Part shown: piece by piece, positions 46,341-58,629 of the stretch
How positions within the stretch are numbered: the stretch's first letter is position 1
Layout of the letters: each line of letters starts with the position of its first letter
Source of the DNA: Vicugna vicugna
Lineage: Eukaryota
Assembly (NCBI GenBank): GCA_013265495.1
Contig: MU057711.1
Span: 2,492,844-2,556,843 of the forward strand
Direction: 5' to 3'
Length of the DNA: 64,000 nt
The notes under the pieces: model-generated
What the model was told of the DNA's origin: nothing
Databases searched by the model: none
The model's input: the letters and a program-made list of their open reading frames with translations, nothing else
Position numbers and translations under genes: made by a program

Positions 46341-48334
46341 CCATGTCTGGGAACATCTGCTTCCCGGCACTTGAGAAAGCGCAGACCAGCATTTGCTGAA
46401 CTCCTCTCCTGATGGGGAGCTCCCTACCTCCCCTGCAATGTGGTTTTGAGGAGCACAGGCATAGGGAGGCCAAGGCTCCCAGCCCCAATGGCCCCACTGA
46501 GGGTGAACCCAGAGCCCCACTGTGGGAGGGACTTCACAGCTGAGCCCCAGCCACTCTGATTCTCAAGGTCTTACATCACTGCGGGTCAGAAAAAGGACCA
46601 GATTTTTCCAGCTCAATCAGGGATTAGGAGTGATTATTCACTTTCTTTGCTGTATTTTGCTGTTGTCTGAATTTTACAATGAGCAGAATAACTTTTGTAG
46701 GCACCTCCAATAAGTCACCTCTTTACTGAAAAAAAATAAGCCCGTAAACTTCTGCTTTCCAGTTTTATATGTAATAATTGCACATGGCAGTAAATTGGAA
46801 CATCCGGGGAAGGATGATGAGAAAGTCTCCCTCCTGTGAGAAAATGGCCAGCGTTTGGGCTCTTTCCTTTGCATCCTTAGGACCACTTAAAAAAGGAGGA
46901 TGTGATTGGCTGTTCTGTGGATGGCCTCATGGCACAGGTACCAAACACCTTTGCTTTAAGAGGACCCTGGCGCAGGGGCTAAGTCTGCTCCTGGGGTTCC
47001 CCTCTCTCTTCTGCTGGCCCACCCGTCCCCCACCAACCTCACTGGACACTGATGCCAGCTGGGAAGGGAGCCCTCCTGATAAATATTTGTGGAGCTGAAT
47101 AAAGAGGCAGCAGAGAAGAGCCAGCCCCGAGGTGTGCCGCTACTCCCGGCCTCCAGGAGGACTGTCTTTAAAAGACTTTGACAGACAGGGGTTTGTTTCT
47201 TCACGTTGTTTAGCTCAAAACAGAGCTAAGACTCCTAATCGTCTCAAATGACCTGAAATGGTTTCCCAAGCAACCTGGGCAGACCCTGGGGGGTCCAGAG
47301 GGTATTCAGGAGTCCTGGCCCTCTGGGGCTGGAGGCCTGCCGCCCCGGCTCTGCCTGACACAGATTCCAGAAGGGCAGCAGATGCTGGGTGCCGAAGGGC
47401 TGGGGGCAGGGACAGGGTGTGCGCCGGTGTGGGGGAGGGCTGGGCGGGGAGCAGGGGTCCAGCCTGGGCCTGGGGCATTGTCTGCAGGGGCAGGAGGAGG
47501 AAGTGGCCTGGAGTAGCTGGGGATGGCAGTGAGTGAGAAGAATGGGGATCACTCTTCCAGAAAGCTGAGTGCTCAGACCTGGGGTGACTCCCAGGGGGCG
47601 GGGGTCCTGGCTATTGTTTGCCTCGTGCAGGGCAGGCTGGGGGTGTCCTGCTGGAGCAGCCAGTCCCAGAGCAGAGGGGGAGCTTCTGCTGGCATGCCAC
47701 ATAGTTCTGGGACCTGGGGGCTTTAGGACCTGGGAAGCCTTCCGGTGGTCAACTACGTGGGGAGACTGAGACCCAGAGAGGAACACAGACCCTCCTCATC
47801 TCCCTTAATGAGTTAGTGGCAGAGCTGGGACCTTAATCTAGGTGTCTCTAGAGACTTGGGTTTGAATTCCAGGCCAGTGGCTTCTTTGGTGTGTGTGTGT
47901 GAGCCTTGGGGCTGCAGCTTCTCTGTCTGAAAAATGGAGATAATTTCAGTCCCCCAGAGAGCCGATGCAGGGCGAAGGTGTGCAGAGGGGTTGGGGGCTT
48001 TTTTGCATGCTGTTTGTGACTGACTCCTAAACCTCGTCTCCACGCGCTACCTGCCCTTCACGGCCCCTCACAACCACCTTCTCCTCCTGGCTCCTCGGTT
48101 CAGTTTCTTGGAGAACTAATTCTTTTCCTGTCCTTAGTGGAGGACTGCCCTTTCTCACCTCCAGTCTTTGTGGCTGCCCTTTCGAAACATCTGGCTGGGA
48201 CAAAGTCCCTTCTTCTAGCTCTGAGCCTGGACGATCAGCTGAGGGGAGAAGCCGTACAACTTCCCAGGGATCTCGGAAGGATCTGGGCGGAGTCTTTGCC
48301 AGGAAGCCAGCATCTCCGTGCACCAACCATGTGT

Positions 48335-48440
48335 CTCACATGTTACAGTCATTGAAGCCACACCAAAGCCCTGTGATGTTAATGTGCTGTGTCCACATTT
48401 TACAGATGAGGAAACTGAGGTCCAGTTTGCCAGAGTTACT
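48335..48440 (-). mobile_element. MIR SINE fragment
   Basis: CATTTTACAGATGAGGAAACTGAGG. Confidence 0.75.
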
Positions 48441-49109
48441 TTCCTTTGGATTTTCTGCATGTCTCCAGCCTGAGACCTCCAGCCTGGAGCTTAGGGGCCC
48501 TGTCCTGTTTCTTACCTGGACTGGGCATCTCAGGGGCAGGGCCTGGGTGCCCTCCAGCATTGGGGGCTGAGTAGGCATTTGGCTCTGTGGGGTCCCAGGA
48601 AGAAGAGAAGTTGGAGGCCCGGGCATTTCCTTGATCCACACTCCAACATTCTGAAAACATGGAAGCCTGGTGCTCAGAAAAGTGAAGGCATTTGCACTGC
48701 TGTATTTGTAGCTGCTCTGCCCTCAAACGGGGTGGCCTTTGGTTTCCTTACAGAACCTGGGCCCTGAAATCACCCTTCCGGTATTCCTGCCTCACTGCCA
48801 GGTCTGTGAGGCCAGAAGAAATATGAACCATTCTTGCCCCACCCTCAAGACGTCAAGGCCTTGGAGAGCTCTGGGGCTTCCCTCCTCTTCAAGCTCACAG
48901 AGGACCGTGACTCCACACGATCACCCAGTCCCTTAAAGGTATGGTTCCAACCGAGTGAGATCATGGCAATTTGAGCAACCAGTAGTCTTGAACCCTGGGA
49001 AATTGTCAGACCGGGCACTTCCATAAAGGCCTGGGAAGCCCTGCTCAGCCAGGCTCCCATAGCGGCTACTCTGCTCTCCTGGACCACTCTCTAAGAGGTG
49101 GGTGATGGA

Positions 49110-49600
49110 TGCTGTCAGTTTTAAGGAACAGAGAACCCAATGAGTAGTCCACTTACCATTTCACATAAAAGAAACGTGATGATGATGGCTGCACGTTGGT
49201 CTGCAGTGTCTTGGGCACCCAGTTCCCGTCCCTTTGTTAGAACAAACCTCCACTGTTCTCAGCAGCTGCACACCCCCTTGGAATGGCCATCCTCTTGGCC
49301 CCAAGAGGGCCACAGCACCTCTGAGCATCACATGCTTGTGTGTCACCATCCCGGGGGCTGGAAATGGCTGGCTTTCTCTCATGTGTCTCTCTTTGAGGGA
49401 AACAGATACTCCCATAAAAGCACCCCCAGCCCATCCCGTACCTCTCACCGGCCAGAACTGACACTAGGCTGGTTCAACACCAGTTACTGGTGAGAGAAAC
49501 AGTACTGCCATGATGAAGTCGGCTGGTCAAGATTCATCCTAGAATGGAATCCAGACTCCCTCTAAAACCCATTACCTTGAGGAAGAAGAGAGAATTCTAG
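49110..49600 (-). mobile_element. Old MaLR LTR (MLT1-like)
   Basis: GGAACAGAGAACCCAA...CACAGCACCTCTGAGCATCACATG...CTCACCGGCCAGAACTG. Confidence 0.55.
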
Positions 49601-50524
49601 TAACAGGCAATCAAATGTGTCTCCCTTAAATATATATATCACACATACACTTGTTTGCTTGTTTCATTATTAAAGCATTTATTTAAAAATTATTTTTAAA
49701 AATTCTGATGCTGGTGCCTCCCCTGAGATTCTATTTGATTGGTCGGGTTCACCTGGGCTGAATTCAGGATGATTGGCAGCTGCCCAGGGCATTCCACTGT
49801 GCGGTTGGGTTGAGGACAGAGCGTAAGCTCCCCGGGCTGGTTCACATCCCCAGGACCACCACAGCCAACTCTCAGTATGATTTTCGCCTTCGCCAGTCTG
49901 ATGTATGAAAAACAGTACCTGCTGCTTTAACGGGCATTTCTCTGGTTACTTCCGAGGCTGGGCGTCCTGGTGTCCCCTTCACCCCAGGATTTTCTCCCCA
50001 CACTCTTGCCCATCTTGTCCCTCACAGAGCCAGAGCTCTTCCATATCCCTGTCTCACTGGGTGTCCTGGGGACCCTGGGGGACAGGGAGCAAGAGGTGGA
50101 TGTTCATTTCCTGTTTCAGAGAAACAGACATGAAGACCTAGGGAGGGCCCACGATCACACCAGGGATAAGAGGCAGAGGTGGGCTCACACCGGGGTCTCC
50201 ACACTGAGGTCCACCTCTGTTTTCAGGACACTGATAGTCTTCAAATCATTTTAGGCAAGGGAATCTTTTCTGGCGTCTTACATGTAACCCCAAGTAAAAA
50301 CCAGAAAAAATGGGCTGTCACTGAAGAGTCTGGTTTCAAGTCTTGCCTCTCTGCTACTTTGCTCCTTGAGGGCAAGGGCTGGGTCTTTCCTCCCCCTCCC
50401 CTTTTCATTCTCCATAATGCCCAGCATAGGACAAGCCACCTGTTGGATTCAACTCGTAGTGCTGCTTTGTTTGGCCCGCAGGGTGATTTTTATTTTATTT
50501 TTCATGTTTTATTAAGGGATATTG

Positions 50525-51500
50525 TTTTATAAGGTATAATTTTATTTATAATTTACATGGAGTAAAATTCACCCTTTTTAGTATATAGTTCTGTGAATTT
50601 TGACTAACCACCACCATAAGCAGCATGTAGATTATCTCCATCACGCCCTCAAATACCCTGCATGCCCCTTTTAGTCTAGTCCTGCCCGCATCCCCAACCC
50701 CTTGCAACCACTGATTTGTCTTCTGTTCCTGTAATAGTTTTTTTTTTTTAAATTGAAGTATAGCCAGTTTCCAATGTTGTGTCAATTTCTGGTGTACAGC
50801 ACAATGTTTCAGTGTTCCTGTGTAGTTTCCGCCTTTTCCAAAATGTCATGGAAATGTAAACCTACACTATGGAATCCATTGAGTCAGAGCTCTTTAACTT
50901 AGCAGAACTCATATGAGATTCCACAATTTTGTTTCATGTGTAGGTGGGTCATTCCTTTTATTGCAAATTTGTATTCCATTACATGGATACATCAGAATTT
51001 GTTTATCCATTATCCAGTTGAGAGAATTTTTGGATTGTTTCCAGTGTCGGTGACTACAAATAAAGCTGTCATAAACATACACTTACAGATTTTTGTGTGG
51101 ACTTAAATTTTTATTTCTCTTAGGCAATACCTAGGAGTGGGAAGGCTGACTTGTGCATAGAAAGAGTATGTTTAACCTTATAAGAAACTGCCAAATTGTT
51201 TCTAATGCAGGGGGGCCATTTGGCATTCTTACCAGCAATGTAAGAGAATTCTAGTTGCTCCACTTATTTGTCAGCACTCGGTACTGTCAGTTTTTTAAAA
51301 AAATGTAGCCATTCTGGTGGGTGCATAGTATTATCTTATTGTTGTTTTAATTTGCATTTCCTTAATGGCTAATGATGTGGAACATCATTCACAGGCTTAT
51401 TTGCCATCTTTATATCTTCTTCGGTGAAATTTTCAAACCTTTTGTTTAATTTGCTTTTAATTAGGTTTTGAAAGTAATTTATATATTCTGGATACAATAT
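50525..51500 (-). mobile_element. L1MB/MC-like 3' end
   Basis: AAAATTCACCCTTTTTAGTATATAGTTCTGTGAATTTTGAC...AAGAAACTGCCAAATTGTTT...TTTTAATTTGCATTTCC. Confidence 0.85.
50741..50812 (-). mobile_element. ~72-bp young L1 3' tip nested in older L1
   Basis: T-run, then AAATTGAAGTATAGCCAGTTTCCAATGTTGTGTCAATTTCTGGTGTACAGC; imperfect TSD TGTTCCTGTAATAGTTT / TGTTCCTGTGTAGTTT. Confidence 0.8.
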
Positions 51501-51750
51501 AAAGTGTTTTAAAAAATTGAAATCTGTTCATAATATATAAAAACATTTCAAGAGGTTTCATATAAAAGTTGGATTTCTGGTTTAAAGAAAAAAAATTGGA
51601 AGATCTGGCAAGGTTGAGCTAGTATCCCACGTGGCAACAGTGGCTGAGACTGGGTGGTGCCTGCAACTTTACTCGGCTTCATCCTCCAGCCTCCTGCCTC
51701 TTTACTTGCCAGCCTAGTTCCTCTAGATATTTGAGCTTGAGACCCTCAAA
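51500..51750. mobile_element. hAT-Charlie MITE, MER102-like
   Basis: TTCATATAAAAGTTGGATTTCTGG...GAAGATCTGGCAA...CCCACGTGGCAACA...TTGAGACCCT. Confidence 0.5.
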
Positions 51751-51949
51751 AAATTCATTCGCTTGACCTGTGATGGCCACATAGTCAGTGCCCCCTAGGG
51801 CTGAGTTCAGGTGTTCCTTTGTTTTTCTTCTCCTCTTGCCAATCACTTCTTGCCTGTGAATCCCTGAAACCCACTTATTCAAAGGACCACAAGACCCCTC
51901 CTTCTGCCCTCTGGTTCCTTGATGTTCCTCATTTGGCTACCATGTTTTG

Positions 51950-52025
51950 CCATTCAGGTGATAGTTTATATGGATGGCGCCTTCTGGAGTTGTGCAGTGC
52001 ACAACCCACACTGCCATGCATGCTA
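51950..52025. mobile_element. MER91-like fragment
   Basis: ATGGCGCCTTCTGGA then palindrome GTTGTGCAGTGCACAAC 51989-52005. Confidence 0.55.
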
Positions 52026-52189
52026 GCCAAGTCCTTTGTCTCTCCCTAGCAGGACTCAGGTGTGTGTTTGCTCGCCAGGTGGGAGAATGCCAGATAGTGG
52101 AGACCGGAGCCTGAAGTTGTCTCAAGACAACTTAACCTTCTTGACTTTTGGTCTTAAACTTATAAATTCACCGTGATGATGATCCTGGA

Positions 52190-52365
52190 CCAGAATCATG
52201 CACTAGAATCACTTGGAAGTCTTGTTGAAACACAGATCAGTGAGCTCCACCCCGAGAGTGTCTGATTTAGCAGATCCTGGAGGGGCCCAAGAATTTGCAC
52301 TTCTATCCAATTCCCAGGTGATGCAGGTACGGCTGGCCCAGGACCACATTTGAGAACTACTATCC
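52190..52365. mobile_element. MER5A-like hAT MITE
   Basis: AGAATCACTTGGAAGTCTTGTTGAAACACAGAT...CCAAGAATTTGCACTTCTA...CCCAGGTGATGC...TTTGAGAACTACT. Confidence 0.8.
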
Positions 52366-53029
52366 TAGACCATCCCAGAGGAAAAGAGAGGGAGGAAAGT
52401 GATTCGGAATAGGGGAAACTGATTTGGGGAGAGAAGGTGATGAGAGGAAATGAAATTCCCTGAGGGAGGAAAGAGCTATGTTAAATTCTCAGATCCTTAA
52501 AGTAACAAGTTGGAACATTGGGAGAGGGATGTGATAGCCCCTCTGAGGGGCTACGTATAGGGTGGCTGGACCGAGACCCCAGGCCTCAGCAAAGGTCTGG
52601 GTGGCTGGAGGCATCCGAGGTGCAGGGTCTGAGGGACCCTGTGCAGTTGCCCGCCCCGCCTTGGGATCAACAGAGACCAGGGACTAATTCTGGTCAGGCT
52701 GCTGGGAGGATGCTTGGAATCATGCTTAATTTGATTTTATAAAAATTAAATAAGGACTTTTTGGGGAGGGGGGCACAGCTAAGATCACAGAGTAAAATTC
52801 ATTCATACTCCAGAGGATTTAGTTGTAAGCACCTCTGTCTTCATGAGTGCAGGGTTTCACCAATGATAAATAGTTCCGTCTTTCCTGAGCATATGCCAAA
52901 ACTTATGGTGGAAAGAAATCAGTGGATGATAAAAATTAGTTTGTGGATCCTCTGCAAAGTGGATCAAGAGTTGGTTCAAATTACTGCCTGTTCTCCCTGT
53001 CACTACAGCTTTCTAAGGTTAACATAACA

Positions 53030-53260
53030 GTGATGATAAAAGCATTAGCCAGGTGCTGAGGCTCTGCTGGGTCGGGTACCATGTGCAAGGATCTCCAATT
53101 ACATTATTTATTTTGAATCTCCCAAAAGCCCCATGAGGTAGGAATTTATTTCTCCCACTTTGTAAATAGGAGAAACTGAGGTTAATAACTTGCCTAAAAG
53201 CACACAGCCCGGGACAAAGGCAGGATTAAACCCAGCTCTGTCTTACTCTGTTTACCTGGG
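53030..53260 (-). mobile_element. MIR SINE
   Basis: CCCCATGAGGTAGG...GAGAAACTGAGGTTAATAACTTGCCTAA. Confidence 0.75.
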
Positions 53261-53819
53261 GGATTATACGGCTGTAGGAACAGATAGTCTCTCAAATCAC
53301 CTGAAATATAAAATAAATGCAGGAAGGATGCAGGGTGATGTCAAAGGCAAGTGCTGAGGGTGACGCTGAGAGGCCTGCACGTGGACAGTTGAGGCTTCTC
53401 CCCCAGGCTCTCTGGGGCCATCTGGCCTCAGGATCTGTTTCCCTCTGCTCATCAGCTTCCTCCTTCTTTCCTTTCAGATGCTTCACCATCCTGCTTGCCT
53501 GTCGTCCAGTTTTGGTTGCCCCAACATGGCCTTACAGAACTGGACCCCAGTCCCCACTCTCTAGGAGGAAGGATCTGACTGGCTCAGCTTGGGTCAGGTG
53601 TCCATCACTGGACCAACAGGGTGTTTTAAGGGAGGGCATAGTTGGGGGAGATAAACAAAGCTGAGGGTGCCTTGAGGGTAGGGAGGTCCAGCCCTGGGTG
53701 GAAGCGGTGTCCTCTGAGTAGGTGGCCCCCATGTTGTGTAGGAAAACCGGAGGCTCTGAGGAGTAACTGCCTAGCTCATGATGAACCCAGAATGGAGCCA
53801 CTTGGCTGGGTTTTAAGCC

Positions 53820-54000
53820 AGGCAGACCTGGGTCTAACCCTTGGCCCCGCTGGGTAACTTTGGGCAAGTCCTTGATACTCCAAAGCCTCGGTTTTCTCGA
53901 TTGTGAAATGTAGAAGCTACAACCCAGCTCGTAGGATTGTTGTGAAGAGCAGATGATGTCTGCTCAGCTCTTTGCACAATGACGGACCCTAGTGTTAATA
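53820..54000 (+). mobile_element. MIR SINE
   Basis: CAGACCTGGGTCTAA...CTTTGGGCAAGTC...GCCTCGGTTTTCTC...GGATTGTTGTGAAGA. Confidence 0.7.
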
Positions 54001-54719
54001 TCAAGCATCCCTTATGGCACTTTCGTTGTGCTTTTTTCTTCCAAAATAGCTGTATTGACCATAATATCAAAATAAGAGAGGATCAATAAGTATTAATTCC
54101 CTTTGTCTTATAATTCCTACTTCTCAAGTCTATCATTAACCTCTGTGTGACCTCAGGCCAGTTATTTGAATGTCCTGTGGCCTCTGCTTTCCCACCTGTA
54201 AAATGGGCACAACTGTTTACCCGCTACTCCCTACCATCTCCAACAGCAGGGCTGAGGTTCTGGTGGGCCCAGGGATAGAAAATCAGGAACTTAAGGGGAA
54301 ACGACAGTTTAAAGCAACAGTTTTTAAAAAAAAGGTACCTGAAATGCCCCACAGATGAGGGAAAAAACTTCAGGCAGCTGGTTAGCTCCCTCCCTCTGTG
54401 GGAGCCCAGCATTGCCAGATAGTCTGATTTTTCCAATAAGTATGAGAAAGAAAATATTCTATTTCTTTAATAGATATTTAAACATCTGCTACATTAAAAT
54501 TTTAAAAAAATATTTGAATTAGAATTTAAATAAAAAATCACCACGGAAGTCAAATAAGACCTTCCTGGGGCCACCAGTTTGAGAGCTCTCCCCAGAGGCA
54601 GGCAGGAAGCTTTGGGGTCTCACTCTAAAGGCAGTCCCCCACTCAAGCTCTGGGCCAAGACTCTGGCCAGGCTACAGCTGCCCCCCCCACACCCCCTCCC
54701 CGCCTGGTGCCAGGGATGA

Positions 54720-54990
54720 CTTCAGCTGGAAGACAAAGGGGCCTTCATGTTCAAAGGCCGGCAATACGGTTCATCCTCCGTCCTCCACAAACAAACAGGG
54801 CGGCTTTGATCTGGGCGGGGGTGGAGGCAGCAGCTCCAATTAGAAGATCAGCCCGTGACTGGGCTAAAGAATGTTTGTAATAAAATAAAAGATCTAAGTG
54901 GCGGTAATGAAGGGTAATAGAACAATGGTGTCACTCGGGATTCTCCCTGAGCTGTCCCATTTGAAGTGGATTAACCGACTGGTATGGGAC
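54720..54990. promoter_or_regulatory. Candidate Wnt/SOX/homeodomain enhancer
   Basis: ACAAAG 54733-54738, TTCAAAGG 54750-54757, CTTTGATC 54804-54811, GTAATAAAA 54877-54885, AACAATGG 54921-54928, GGATTA 54968-54973. Confidence 0.45.
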
Positions 54991-55530
54991 AGGACAAGGG
55001 GCCAGTCCCCAGAGCCTCTCCAGGGACTCTGCCCTCGCCCCCATTTGGGGTGGGCTGGGCACAGAAGGGCCAGAGGAGACAGCGGGAGCCTGATTTCTGA
55101 AGCCCGCCCCTCCTCACCTCTGCAGACACTGCCCCTTCCACCTGAGCGACCACCCTCCTTCAATCAATGCGTGGAAATCAAGACCTTCCCCAGTGACCCT
55201 TTTGTGGGAAAGATCCCTCTGATGTCCCAGCCTTGTCCCCCTCACCTGCTGTAGGTTGCTTCACTTTCTGGAGTCTGAGCCGTGGAGTTTGGGCCTGCAT
55301 TACACCAGGGCTTGGAATATTTCATGCTGGAAACATTTGTTTCTTGAAGGCAGAAACCCTTGGGGATTGAAGATGGCTATTCTTCCTCAGCGTTGGCATC
55401 TGCTGTACCCATTATGGAGGAAGGTGCACAGGAAAGACTGAGTTGAAGTGGATGGTTTGGTAGGTAAGCTTACAAAAGCAGAGGCACAGGAGTGGTATCT
55501 CCAATGTGCCAACTGCTCTATATTCATCAT

Positions 55531-55600
55531 CAGGGCTGCTGCATACGGTTGCTCAGATTGTGCAGTGCACAATCCCAGGAGATGCCATTTACAGTCTAGG
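55531..55600. mobile_element. MER91-like fragment
   Basis: CAGGGCTGCTGCATACGGTTGC terminus, palindrome GATTGTGCAGTGCACAATC 55556-55574, then GATGCCATTTAC. Confidence 0.6.
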
Positions 55601-56964
55601 GACTGACTGCTCCCATAATTCTATTTTTCTTCATGATAATACAGCAAGGCAGTCATTTTGGTTCTTAAAGAAGGGAACTGAGGCTCAGAGAGGTTGAGTG
55701 TTGTCCTCCAAGCAAGATGACAGAGCTGGGAATGTGGATCCTCCTGGCCCCTGAAGTCTTTATATAACCACATCAGGAAACGACACTGAAGGTGACAGCA
55801 TGGAATAGGTATTGATTTAGTAGACACTATTCTAGGGCTCTATGTAGAGGAACCCATTGATTATTTGCACATCCTGATGAGGTGGTTACAATGATTATCT
55901 CCATGTTGAAAATGAGGAAGCTGAGGCAGAGGGCGGACTTGGAGTAACTTGGACATTTAGCAAACAGAGTTGGAGGTATTTGAACTCAAAGAACAGTGCC
56001 CGCTAGCCTGTGCTGTTACCCACTCCACCGTCTTGTCATCATTGTTACCTCACATCTTGCTACTGGGTCTGATTTTTTTGGTCCCAGTTTTTTCTGCCTT
56101 TTAAATTGGTGATTCCATTCACTTGAGAAAGCCTGGGGGAAGAATATTTCTTCCATCCCATACCATAATTGTCCCTTCCACCTGGTCAGGGACCCCTGAG
56201 CAGGAACTTCCCCAGAGTGATGGGTTCTTCTTCACTCTTGGCACCGAAGCCATGTGGCACACCTCTCTCTTCTCCGCCCAGAGCCCCTCCCTCTCACCCT
56301 GAAAGGAGGGTCCTAGTTCTGGGGAAACTGCCCGAAGACAGCCTGGATTTATCTACGCGTAAAATAGGAGGCAGTCCTTTCCTTGACATGGAATTCCTTT
56401 AGCTTTTATTTTATTTTTTCTCTTTCTAATTATTAGCTTCAGTAATTTGGTATGACTTGACATCCACTGCGTCTGCATTACCAGTGAGTAGATGTAATGG
56501 GGACGTTCGCCTTGTTCCTGTCCCCTCCGTGACATTAAAGGCAACTCTTTAAGAGTTTAGCTCCCCAAGGAGGCAGGTGTCTCCCATCCTCCTGGTGGTG
56601 GATGAGGGAGAGGGATCAAGGGAAGGGGGCTCTGAAGCTGTCACTCTGATTTAGCTCTTGAAACAGAGGAGATCTGTGAGCCTTCAAGGTCGAGCCAAGT
56701 CGCCTCTGTGCAAGTACAAGCAAATCCAGGAAGCCACTCTGGAGACAGCCTTAGAGACACACTCATGTGTTTTTCTTCTCATTGGTCACAGACTTTTAAA
56801 CTCCATCAGACTTTTGAGTTAGGTTCATGAAGTCATGCCTCTGCTCCCTCATAGGCCAACCACGTGGCCGAGTGTAAATCCAAGCGGGACCCAAAGCATA
56901 GTGAATCGGGTCCCTGCCTCTTCCAGTGTGCTGGGTGCTTAAGGCTTCCTTGTTGGCAAATTCC

Positions 56965-57150
56965 ATCTGGCAAATTCCTCCCCACACTGGGGAGGGCAAT
57001 CTGCTTTACTCAGTCTCTGGATGCAGTGTTAATCTCAGAAACATTTCAGATGTTCAAGTGTTTCTTCAGAAACACGCTTACAAATATGCCCCAGATAGTG
57101 TTTGACAAAATGTCTGGGCACCCAGTGGCCCAGTCCGGTTGACACATTCC
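56965..57150 (-). mobile_element. MLT2 (ERVL) LTR fragment
   Basis: GGAGGGCAATCTGCTTTACTCAGTCT...TGTCTGGGCACCCAGTGGCCCAGTCCGGTTGACACA. Confidence 0.78.
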
Positions 57151-58379
57151 CCGGCCACTCTTTGAAACACTTCCCACAGCCAACTCTTTGAAAAAGACAT
57201 CTGTCCCTGTGCTCGCTGGCTTGGCGTTGCTGAGGGAAAGCTTTGCACACAGAGAAAGGCATGTGCCACTCGGTGGGCCTCCGTGGGGACTTTCAGGGGT
57301 CCATCTGACTGCACTTCAATTTCGCCATCTACTGATGAGCCCTTAGCACCCCCTAAACAGTGCCCCACCCCACACCCCTGATTGTTGTGCTCTCCCCACC
57401 CCACCCCTCAGACCCACCACCTGCAAAGTTCCCCCCTTCCCCTCGCATTCAGTCCCAGAGCCTTGGTCCCGGGGGGTCCCAGCTGCCTACACCTCACAGT
57501 TGACACTCCGTCACCTCCTGCCTCCCAGAGGCTGCTCTCTCTCCCTATCCCCCTTGGCTGCTGGGGTGGCCTTCAAAACGCTCTTCTAACATCTGAGGCC
57601 CGTAGGTTATTGGAACTGGCAGAGTCTTTAGAGATAGGGCATCTGCAATTCCCCTCTCTCTGCTTACAACTGGAAGCTGAGCCCGGAGAGGGGAAGGGAC
57701 TTACCTGGGGTGGCTGCCCTGATGCAGGAGCCCTAGTCTTCTCCTGTGCTCCCCGGGGGGCGGTGGGAGTGGTGGGTAGAGAAGAGAGGGCTGTGGACGT
57801 GATGGGGAGAGAGGATGTCAGTAATGCAATTAGGGGTGGAGGCGGGGGCAGTATGGAGCATGAGCTATGGGAATGTGACAGGTATAGATGTGTTGTGCAC
57901 ATGAGTAGGTACGTGAGTCCATGTGGCTCCCACAAAATGACCCCAGAAAGAGGGTGCTGGACTTGGGGAGAAGGGAATCGGGCAGGGGCCAAGAAGTGTC
58001 GGCTAGTTAATGAATCAAGCTGATTCTCCCGGATGTTCATGACGGGACTGAGATCTTCATCCCCTTCAGACACAAACCACTTCCATGCCTGCCTCACTGG
58101 GGGCTTCCAGGGAGGCTGTTCTGTTCCCAGATTTCCTGGAAGGAGTTGGGTAGGTACGAAAGCTTACCCAGTGTCCTCCTGCTGTCTGGAGGCAAACCCA
58201 GGATCCAGCTCCCTTGAACCATGTCTAGCTGTGCCTGCGCTAGTGCCCAGCCCTTCAGGGCATAATTTCTCTCATCTGGGTGAGACGGGGTGTATAGGGC
58301 TGGAGGCGGTTTCCAAACACCAGTCTTTCATGCCAGCAGACATCTGTCCCCTGGCCTTTCTAGCCAAACCAGAAAAGTA

Positions 58380-58510
58380 AGGACAATACAGTGAGTTGTT
58401 CATAAATAAACGCGTGTGGTTTAATAAGCTACACTTACCCTTTCTTCTGTGATGACGTCCTTCTTCCTTCTGATATTCAAATGCCCTTTAAAAAAATCAA
58501 ATGATAGAAG
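58380..58510. promoter_or_regulatory. Candidate regulatory block
   Basis: CATAAATAAAC, ACGCGT, TGACGTC and ATCAAA motifs in unique sequence. Confidence 0.3.
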
Positions 58511-58629
58511 CTCTGTGTGTGTGTGCATGCGTGTGCACTTCTGTGCGCTTACGGGAAAAGGCAAGATAGTGAAAGGCAATGTGTAGCAAAGCCTGCTCTG
58601 AGGATGCCTGAGCCCCTGTCGGGGTTCTA

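Noticed and set aside
57382..58097. 213-aa and 174-aa antiparallel ORFs
   Set aside because: Low-complexity, GC-driven composition and no similarity to any protein family I recognise.
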